Source of the DNA: Monocercomonoides exilis PA203
Lineage: Eukaryota > Protista > Preaxostyla
DNA length: 64,000 nt
Direction: 5' to 3'
Assembly: GCA_001643675.2 (NCBI GenBank)
Contig: LSRY02000023.1
Coordinates: forward strand, 992,001 to 1,056,000
The first letter of the stretch is position 1. Every line of letters begins with the position of its first letter. A program made the position numbers and the translations under genes. Under the pieces are notes generated by a model that saw only the letters and a list, made by a program, of their open reading frames with translations, was not told where the DNA came from and searched no databases. Of this stretch, positions 25,313 through 35,900 are shown piece after piece.

Positions 25313-28150
25313 TAGCCCTGGGTGACGTGAGAAAAAAAATTTGTCACGTCTGTCACCAGTTTTCCACTTCATAAATAATAATAAAAAAAAGAAAAAAAAA
25401 TCCACCACTGTTTGTTTTTGTGAAAATCCGATATTTTTGCATAAATATAAATAGAATTTTAACGGTTTATCTAAATTATATGCAAATGTGTTTTTTTCAA
25501 AGATCACAAAATCTCATGATATCTTTATTTCAGAAATATTAGTTTTTTTTTTTTGAAATGTCTCATTTGTGAAATCAATAATCTAATAAAAGGTTTGAAC
25601 GATTATACACATATGACTGTTGTTATTTTAAAATAGAAAACCAAATTTTTTTTTGCACTCGTTTACGAATTCGACAAGAAAGAAAAATTTGCTCATTTTC
25701 TGAATGCTGTAAATTGGAAAAGACGCATGTAAAGAATTCTTTTGAAAATTTTAAGGTTCGCATTTATTTGCACTTGGATACATACCTCCTGGGCTTATTT
25801 CTTCACATTTTTTAAAAGAATTGCTTTCTGAGCTTGAAGATTGCAATGAGATAGAACAAAAACAGAAAATTGACAAAATGAAAGGGACATTGGATGAAAT
25901 GAACAAAATAGAATTTGGATCTGTTCACACAAAAGAACTGCTTAACAAAATGGACAAAATGGTTGAAGAAAAAAAAACATTCGATAATGAAAACGCGTTT
26001 ATTGTTGAAGCACATTGGATATTGAAAAGCGATGAAAGACATGAAGCGTCTGAATTGTGAAGAATCTTCGCTGAGCGAAAGAATTGCAAGGATAATTGTT
26101 GAAGAGAAGAAAAAAAGAAGAAAAGTATGAAAAGCTTTTTGTTGATATTTGTGAATGCTATCTTTGACTTCATGAGAATATTTAAAGGAAAAATTACTAT
26201 CATATGTATGCTATCCTGATGAAAGTTGTACTGAAGAAAGAAGAAGGTGCTAAAACTCAAACAAAAGTGGAATCAGCATTGTTTACTTTGATCAGCATAG
26301 GATATTTAACGGTATTTGTAATTTTTCTTTAACACAAAAATTTATTTCAACCTTTTATTGAAATTTTAACAAATGGTGAAAAAAGAACAATGCTTGAATG
26401 AATTCAAGGAGATTGTCCTGTATCATTAGGAACATTACAACCTGACGCGACTTGCATATCAATCTGCTTTTGACACTTATGGTGCATAGATTTTGCAGGG
26501 ATTCTCCATCCGAAATCTTAATTGTGGATGAGTATCATTTTATAAAAGAAGCAAGAAGAAAATAAGAAAAAATGTTGAAGCGTGTGTGTTGGAAAAAAGA
26601 GAAAGAAGAAGGAAGAGGAAATAAGACGAAAGAAAAGCTGGTTTAATGTGAAATAGATAAAAGCATTGGAGCATTTCTTGGACCCAAACTTATCAAGGAA
26701 TGATGAATGTTTAGAACTTTTCGGATGCGTTGTTCAGACATTTTGAGCTTTCTAAGAAAATTTCAGAGAAATTAGCTTCAGGTTCGTTGTTTTATTGGAG
26801 AAGCAGCAAAAAGCAAAGGTGAGTAAGTTGAAAAATTGATAAAAGGTGGAGATGAAGATTCCATTTTGAAGGAACTTCAGCAATCACGTTTGAATCACAA
26901 TCTGATGAAGAAATGTTTGAACTTCTTTTTTAGATTTCAAGAAGAATGAAAGAGAAAGAGAAAACAAATAATAAGAAACAAAAAGAAAGGCAACCAAAAG
27001 AAGGATGATTGAGAAGCTGGAAGAAGAAGAATGCAATGACATCATTACAAGCTTTCAAGAAACATTTGAGTAAACTAACGATGAATATAGATTTGATTTC
27101 TCGTTGCATATTTGTAATTATTTAGTGAATGCTTGTTGAATTGAATCAAAAATTTTTTGTTTGTCTAATTTTTTATCGTTTCACAAAACAGTTGTTCACT
27201 ATTTCGGATTTTATAAAATCTGTTTTTTTGTAATATATATATAAAAGAAGTGAAACAGAGAAAACATGAAACAGAAAAATGAACAACTATCTTTGTTGGA
27301 TTTCTGTTTTTTAATTCTTCTTTTCGCAATTCTTTCCTGCTTTTCCTATTTTTTCAATAATAATCTCAACAAATTCGGACTGTCAAACGGCATAAAATTT
27401 TTCCATCGTCAGTTTTCGGTTTTTTAAACAATAAGGCCAATTAGAAACTTGTATCAGTATTCTTTTTAAAAAAGCCATTTTCATTTGTCATGTTGCTGAA
27501 GATCCCAGATGTGTTTTCAAAAACTTCCAAACATTGTTTTTGAAAGAATTATGTTTTAATTTTTTCATTCAACGAAGTCATTTCATATAAAGCTAAAAGG
27601 AAAATTAGAAAAATTAAACAAAGAATAATTAAATAAAGAAAAAAGCGAGAATTTTCTTCAAAAGAAACAAATTGAAACAGTCCTTCTTAGTGCATTCATT
27701 TTATTCTTTTTGGAATTTGAATTGGTTATTCTTTTCACAATATTAAGAGAACTATGAAAAAAATGAAAAGTTATGGTTGTAATAATTAGAGAATTAAAAC
27801 AATTAACATTCTAGATATTTTTCCAAAATGTTCAGTCCTTTTTCACTATCTTTTGTCTTTTTCGCAAACTGACCGGATGTGACTTCAGTGACTTGTGACA
27901 ACAGTGATGTGTCAAAATTCCGATTACCGCTTTCACGTCAGTGAAAACTGTGTTATGGAAATTTTGATGAGAAATTTTTTGTATTTTTTTGCTTCAAAAA
28001 TAGAAATAAAAATCATATTCAATAAAAATTTAAATTATTATGAACAATAAAAATCAACAAAATGATTTTCTTTTCTGACGTGGAAAAATTTGTCATGTCC
28101 GTTAAAATTACAAATGTTCACGTCATAAGTCAGCACGTCACCCAGGGCTA
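25313..28150. mobile_element. Non-autonomous hAT-like element (2838 bp) with gene cargo
   Basis: 17-bp perfect TIR TAGCCCTGGGTGACGTG; 8-bp TSD CTCCAACC (25305-25312, 28151-28158); clustered subterminal GTGAC/CACGTCA motifs. Superfamily inferred from the TAG start and 8-bp TSD only. Confidence 0.9.
25700..27139 (+). pseudogene. Near full-length decayed copy of the helical-repeat gene family
   Basis: LSELEDCNEIEQKQKIDKM...; EHYNLTRLAYQSA; IEKLEEEECNDIITSF...SLHICNYLVN match the 50067-51568 gene; intron-like segments at equivalent sites (~25757-25818, ~26312-26370). Confidence 0.85.
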
Positions 28151-29965
28151 CTCCAACCTTGCGACAATTGCGTGTTCTCCAGATGGAAATAAGTTTTGCA
28201 AAACTCTTTTGTTGCGCCCTCTCATTTTTCAACTTCTTCGTATTGTAAAGCTTTGGCTGATGTTTTGTTAGAAGCTTTATCAGCAGCAACTTCTCCTTCA
28301 ACGATAAAAACAGCATTTCTAAACACAGGAGTTTACCCAGTGGCAGCTGCACCTGTGCTTTCTCGTGTGAGCGGTTCCCCTGTTCATCAGAAAAATTCAT
28401 CTTCAGATAATTTATCTTCGAAAAATTTTGAGCAAAGTCTGTTTGGAGATTTTTCTTCAAAAGAAAAACGAAAATTGAAAGTGGAAAAACAAGAAAAGTT
28501 GTCGACAGAAATGGATGAAATGGAAAAAATGGATGAAAAACTTGTTTTTTCGGAAGAAAAAGAAAAGGATGGACAGAATGAAACAGAAGAGTTAACAAAG
28601 GTGGAGAAAAGGAAGGTGAGACTCAGGAGAAAAAGAATGGATGATAATTTTATGTATGGGAACGAAATGAGCTTTATATTTGAGGAAGATAAAGAAACTG
28701 AGGCATTTGAACGCCATTCAAAAAATTCATCATGCAAACGAAGAACAGTCGATGATGAGTCATAATCCGTGGACAATAATGAAACGATTTTATATTTTTG
28801 AATGTTATTTCAATATTTTTGCATTGTAAGAGAACTAATTTTTAATATTGGATTGATTTGCCCTTTATTATAACATTTCACAAACGTAAAAACATATAAT
28901 AATACAGTTTGATTTGTTTCTTTTTTGTTTAATTCAATTATTAAACTTTTCAAACATTTTGTAAAACGTAAACCAAAATGTTCAAAAAAACACTGAGAAA
29001 ATATAAATGTTGAAAAAAAACAGCACCAATTTTGAGTACACAACTACCGGGTTTTACACAAACTACCGGGTTTTCCACCAAGGGTATTTGGATTTAAAAA
29101 AGTTCTAGTTTTAGAAAGATAGAATTTGCTTCTCTTCAAATTCTATCAAAGCAAATCGAATAGTTAAAGATTAAAAAAAATATGGAATATAAACATTAGA
29201 TAAACTTTGAAGATTTCATTGAAGAGTATCTTTCAAAATGCCCTATCTTTGAAAACAAAATATATCTCCAGAAAAGATAATAACAAATGGAAAGACAAAT
29301 TCTAAAAATCAAGTTTTAATAGCCCTCTTGAGATCCACAGCTGTTATAGAGTATGAAAGGAATATCAAAAGGATCTACAGAAACGAAATCTGTTTTTGTG
29401 TCACTTCTTTGTCTTCTTTTCTTGCTTTGACAAGCTCACGTTTAATATTTTGTACCAAAAAAGAATCCTCATTTTTATGAATTCAGCTGGTCGTTCATCG
29501 AGAAAAAAATCATGTTAGCAAATTAAAATTGAAGAAAAGGATTGTTTGCATCATATGGAGAAGTGCTTGCTCATTATTTTGTGGTTGTGTTTTAAGAGAT
29601 GCAGACACTAATTTTCAACCTTTTGTTGCAATGTTTAAGTAATAAAATGAAAATTTTGCTTCACATTCACGAAATATTCGATATAAAAAATAAAATACAA
29701 ACAAACAATGCATTCATCAATAATTTTTTGAATAGAAAATATAAAATAATACTCTGTCCAATTATAATCGGGTAAGGCAAAGAAAAAGTAGATATCAAGA
29801 AATCTTCGCATTTTTTATTAACATTGATCATAATTCAAACAATAATGGTTTATTGTATTTTTCTACACAACAACTTTGATGCACTTTTGAAGCACTTTTA
29901 AATATAACATAATTGGAATTCATATTTAAAAGAAAAATATATTGTAACCCATATTCGCATTCAAG

Positions 29966-32900
29966 ATGAATTTCGTGTATTTGTTAACTCTGACTTTCGT
30001 GTTGAATTGCTCAGAGATTGATGATGAACGCAAACTCAATGGCTTCAAATGTGTTGTTAATTCTCAAAATGAACATGTTTTGAATCAAGGATTATCCTCC
30101 AACCATTCAGACGAAAACCATGGATTATTTAATTTTCATGGTTTCAATGCAAGTGATAATGAAAATGAAGACAAAATTACTGATAAAGATGATGAAGCAT
30201 CAGGGTTGATGCAAAAACAGAGAGGATATTTTTCAAAAGAAGAAAGAAGAGAAGCGAACGATATTGACAATCATTTGGGAAATGAGAATTGTCAGTTAAA
30301 GACAATTGGTGATTCAAAAAGAGTTTTTCGCAATCAAAGATCCACTGTGATGGCGATGGTCAATTTTGGAAATTCGAGTTGTGAAATGAAATATTTGTCC
30401 TTATTCAAAGAAGAGAGAAGATCTCTCATGCTCATCAACGACTTATCCACAGTTCTTGTTCATTGTTGTTCAATCCATCAAAGAGGAGCAAAAAATGGCT
30501 ATTTATTCACACTGAATGAAGGCCATTTGATTCTGAGCAACACTTCTTATTTGAGTGCTGGATGTGCAGAAATTATTGAACCATTTGTTGGTTGCGAAAA
30601 AATGAGTTCAGAGAAAATGAAAAAAGACTTGAAAATCATTGATTCTGATTTTTCTTCATTTTCCCTTGGGAGATCAACTTCTCTTTTGGCAAGTACAGAC
30701 ATTTGGAAAATATCAGTTTTCAGCTGCCATTTTTCGAATATCTCACAAAGCGCAAGAATCCAAAACAATCACCATTCGATGGGCAACTCGAAAAATGATT
30801 ATTCTTTCACTGGATGCGTTGTCGAGAAAGTGGATTCTCCACTTGGTGGAGGATTGGTCGAAGGGATGCATTCAGGATATCATCATTTCTTTGCTTGCAA
30901 TTCGAGTTATTCTCAATGCGTTCGGAGAGATAATGCAGATCCAGTGATTGGAAACAAGACAATGAAAAGTCAAGTTGTTGACTCAGGTGATGCAACATTT
31001 GTGGATTGTGATTTCAACAACCTTTCAACTGAAAATTCATCAAGAGTTAATGGTGGTGCAATATTATTCACATCTTCTGGACTCTTAAATGTATCATTGT
31101 GCAGATTTAATGAATGCCATTCTTCTTGGTGTGGCGGAGCGATTTCTTCTCAAGGAGATGGAAAGAAATCTGTAATTACATCATCCAGTTTTGAATCTTG
31201 TTCTGTAGAAGCATCTGGTGGTTGTTTATATATTTATTTTATTTCAACATTTTCTGTAAAAAACATAAATTGTTCGAATAGTTCAGTGAAACATATGGGT
31301 GGGGGAATATTCATTGAGCACAATGTCAAACAAGGGATTATTGATAAATGTCACTTTTATAGCTGCAGAAAGAACACAACACAACACAATGGAGGAGGGA
31401 GTGTTGGATTATATAATCACGGAACTGCTGTGATTTCGGATTGTTCATTTTGTGGTGGATTCAGCGAGAATAATGGAGCAGGAATAAGTTGGGATAACAT
31501 CCCAGGAGAAAATGATTCACCAACTTTGTTTTGCTTTTTTTCGAATAACATAGCTGTGAATCTGGGCCATGACGTATATGTTGTTGAAGGATGGACAAGC
31601 GTCAATGAAACTTCGTTTGTGCATTGTCGTTCAAGCACAAGTGCAAACAACAATCGAGTTGTCAAAGGAGAAACAGGATACGACGATTGGATTCCAAAGA
31701 TCTTCTTCAACCCAGTGTTTGTGAACTCAATGGAAGGATTGGATCACATGGCCTGTGGGTTTGTGAGGGCAGGAGATGAATATGGAAGAAGATGCAAAAC
31801 AATCGAGTTTGGAATGAGTGTGCTGGATACTGATGGAAGCAGCAATGAAGTGATTATTGAAGTTGGGGATTATGAAGAAAACAAAGTTGAAGTTGGAAAA
31901 ATGAGGATTGCATTTGAAGGGAAAGATAAAACACAAGTGATTATTCACAACAGATCACCAAATGGAGAATCGTTGGTGGTCATTGGAACAGGAATGGGAA
32001 ATTTCAGAAATATGACATTTGTTTGTGGAGAGAATCCATCTTCTCATCTAATGGAAATGTTGGCAAAAGAAGGAGTTCTGAATATGTGTGAGTGTGTAAT
32101 CACTTCATTGAGAAACGATGAAAGCTGTGTACTATCAGCATCACTAATGATCGTCCAGATGGGATCTGTCATTTTTGACTCAGTTGAGATCAGTGGAATA
32201 TCGTTTTCATCAGTTCCTGCATTCAACATCAGAGGCGAAAGCTCATTGTCTTTCCAGATGAACAATGTTGATGCACATGGTATTTCTCGAGCGAGTGGGG
32301 ATGGGAGTGTGATTTGTGGGAATCTGGCGAATGGGATGAATGTGAATATTTCAGGGGGAATGATGAGGAGCTGCGGGTGTGAGGATGGGTGTGGAGGAGG
32401 GATGTGGATTCAACTGGATGAAGGCTCGAAGATGGAGATCGGGAATGCGTCAAGTGAAGGTGCTGAGGAGAATGTTGATAATGTTTCATTCATCAATTGT
32501 TACTGTGCGGGGAAGGGAAATAGAGTTGGAGGGTTTGGCGGAGCAATCTATTTGGATGTGTGCGATGGGAATTGTACTTTTTGTATCCATTGTGCTTCTT
32601 TTGAGAGTTGCCAAGCAGAAAAAGGGAACAATATATTTGTGAATGCACAGTGTTTGAGAGATGTTGTGAACAAGGCCACATTTGGCTTTGAGTGTGAAGG
32701 GATGATAGACAGTGACTTATTGGGATATGAGGATGGGTGCCGGGAGGAGTGTGCACCACTTCTTCCATTTTTGATGGAGGACGGGGATGTTGGATTTGTG
32801 GGAGGAGAGAAAAGCTTGGAATTCAGCAGATGTGGAATGGAGCAGTATCCGTGCTCATCGATCAACAAAGTAGTTGAGGTGTGGTATGGGGATGAAACAA

Positions 32901-35900
32901 GAACAATCAGAATCAAAAATGGATTTGTGCTCTGTGAAGAGATTGTGATGGAAAGACATTTTTGGAATGTGACAGGCACTGTCGGAGACGCCGCCGTTGA
33001 GGTTGTTGTGCCTTCTCCTCTGTTTGACTCAGATTGTTTGATTTGCATTTCATCTGAAGCATTGCTGAAAGATATGTGCTTTTCTCTTCCATCAACTCTT
33101 TCTCCAGCTTCATCATTCGTCCTTTCCTCTTCAAATGTTTTGAGTGTCAGTGATTGTTCAGTTGAGCCTTCCACTGGTAACTTGCTGAATGAAATTGAAT
33201 ACTGTGTTTTTCATGTTGATGGAGGAGTGCTGCACATGGCAGGCTTTTCGAACAAAGGTCAAATAAACACCTTGTCAAATCCAATTATTAAATGCACTGG
33301 AGATGGCATTGCTGAACTTTCGAATTGTGTTCTAACTGGAATTACGAGGAGAACTGGAGGGGGAAGCTGTTTGGAAAGAATATGTGAGGAAAGTGAAAGT
33401 GAAAGTGAGAGTGGAGATGCTTCTGCTGCTGTTATTATTATTGTTTCTAGTTGCACATTCAGTGAATGTTGTATTGAGGAGAAAGATGGATGTGGTGGAG
33501 GAATGAAGATTTCAATTGGAAAAGATGAAGAGGTTGTAGTAAATGGATCGACCACGTTTGATGGATGCAAGGCAGAGAATAATGGAGGAAATGGAGGAGG
33601 AGGAGGAGGAATGATGATAGGAGTTGGAAATGGAGGGAGCTTGAAGATGAAGGGAGTGAAGTTTGAAAGATGTAAAGTGTCATCAAGTGAGGATGAAAGA
33701 GGGGGAAAAGGATTAGGAGGAGGGATATTTGTGAAGTTTTCAGAGGAGATTGGTATATTTGTGTTGGAAGGAATGACATTCGAGGGGTGCAATGCCTGGA
33801 AAGGGAAGAATGTGTTTGTTTCTGGATGGGATCTGAGTGAGATTGTGAACAAAGAGAACTTCAAATGGGAGATGAGCCCACAGGAGTTGGGATCATTGGA
33901 TGAGTTGTGTGGATGGGAAAGGAAGGCAACAGGAGAGGGATATGTGATTCCACTGGTTGTGTATATGTGGGATAATTGGAGCGAGAAAGGGTATGTTTCG
34001 AAAGAGAAAGGAGGAGACTTCAGTGGTTGTGGATTTTCAGAAGCACCATGCTCATCAATCAATCACTTGATATCGCTGAGATATGGAACACTTGGAGGAA
34101 GTGAATCACATGTGATAATTGTTGATTTTGTGATTCTTCAAAATTCGTTGCACTTGATTCAGACAGATTCAGACACACAAAAAATATCAATAGAAGGAGA
34201 AGAAAATGGAACAGTGCTGAGGGTTGAAGAAGAAAATGAAGAAGAGATGGAAGAAGCAATGGTTGCCTCAGAAGTGATTCTCTCATTTGTGAATGTTTCA
34301 TTTGTTCTACCGAATGTGCTTGCTCATCATCTGGCATTCCTCAAATCGTCGTCAGGAGATGGGGCACTTTCTGTGAGAAGCTGCTCATTTGTGAGTGAGG
34401 ATGCTTCAAAAGAAACGAATTTCTGTTTGGTGAGAGTGGATGGAGGGAGCGTGGTGATCGAAGACTGTGCTCTGAAAGAATTCCATTTGTTGCAAGGATT
34501 TATGGAATTGTCCTCAGATGTGAAAGTGGCAAATGTGATGAATCTGTCGATCAGTGACACGAGTGTTTCAGGAAGAAGTCTGATATCTATCAGTGAACAT
34601 GCTCTCTTATCAGTAAGATCATTGAAAGAGGCAACGATGTTGAGAAGCAAAGTGAATGGAGATGAAGATGGAATGCTATCGATGAGCGTAAACAGCTCAA
34701 CATTCACAAACATCACACTCAGTGAAAATAGAGCCACAATTGTGAGTGCTTGTTCATTTGAATGTAAAATGAGATGCTTGGTGGAAGGGTGTGTGATGAC
34801 GAAGTGTCTGAGTGAGTGGAGCGAAGAGGGAGGAGGGATGAAGGTGAGTTTGAAGAGCAGAGGGAGTGAGTTGAGAGTGAATGGTTGCATGTTTGGGATG
34901 TGCTCGTGCTCAGTGGTGAAGGGGAGAGGAGGAGGGCTGATGATAGATGCATCTGGCCTGGGTGAAACACAAGCAGGCACAGAGGATGCACCGCCTTTGG
35001 GGATAATGATCGAGAGCACCAGATTCACAATGAATGATGCGTATGTTGGTAAGGATGTGTTCATCCGATGCAACCGAATTGAAAAGCAGATCAATGAGAA
35101 GCTGTTCTCGCTGGACTTCAGCCAGGAGTCATTGAAGTCGAACAACTCGATTTGTGGAAGCGATGAAGAGAAAACAGATATTGATCTGATCCCGCTGATA
35201 ACATTTTATTATGGGCAGCAGGTGTTTGTGAATGCGAACGGGAGGGATATGCGACAGTGTGGAGAGCAGACGAATCCGTGCAAAAGCATCAGCTGCAGTG
35301 TGGATCACATTCAAAGAGGTGTTGTGAATATTGTTTTTATTGATGAAGAAGGAGATATTGGAGGAGAATGTGCGATTGGAGATTTGAGTGTGAAGTCAAT
35401 GAAGAAGATGAAGGCGATAGTCCATTTCAATGAAGCAATTCAAGAGATAGGAAACGAAAGGAGTGTGATTGTGTTTGCGAATGAGTGTGTTGCAGAGCGG
35501 TGTGTGTTTGAGTTTGGGGAGTTGCATGAAGCAAATCACAGCCACGTGATGAAAGTGAAGAACGGAACAACCATGATGAGAGAATGTGAATGTTTGTCGT
35601 CCACAACTGAATTAATCATTACCAGCACAATAATGGCAGTTGAAGGGGGAGAACTGGAGATGGACAAGTGTGCATTCACGAGAATGAAATTGTGTGTGCC
35701 TTTGATAGAATTTGTTGGGGGATCTAAAGCAACAATATCAGAAACAAGAATAGATAAATTGGAATCAGATGAAAATGTGATTGAAGTTGGAGACAGAGCA
35801 AGAGTGGAGATGAAAGAGTTGGATATTCAGAACATCACTCTCTCAAAAAGTGGAAGTGTGGTGAAAATGAAGAATGTTGTGAAAAATGTTATTCTGTTGA

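Larger units (their letters stand above)
24261..28765 (+). pseudogene. DD35D transposase pseudogene in two parts (24261-25312 and 28159-28765); intron 24586-24632
   Basis: IFNFNES and LLDNH*SH...FLPPNMTHLLQP join across the insertion to CDNCVF...IKTAFLNTGVYP; stops and frameshifts present; start position approximate. Confidence 0.85.
23923..29084 (+). mobile_element. pogo/Fot-like transposon 2, interrupted by a hAT-like element
   Basis: TA|CCCTTGGTGGAAAACCAGGTAGTT ... AACTACCGGGTTTTCCACCAAGGG|TA; the inner TIR part is repeated at 29042-29055. Confidence 0.9.
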
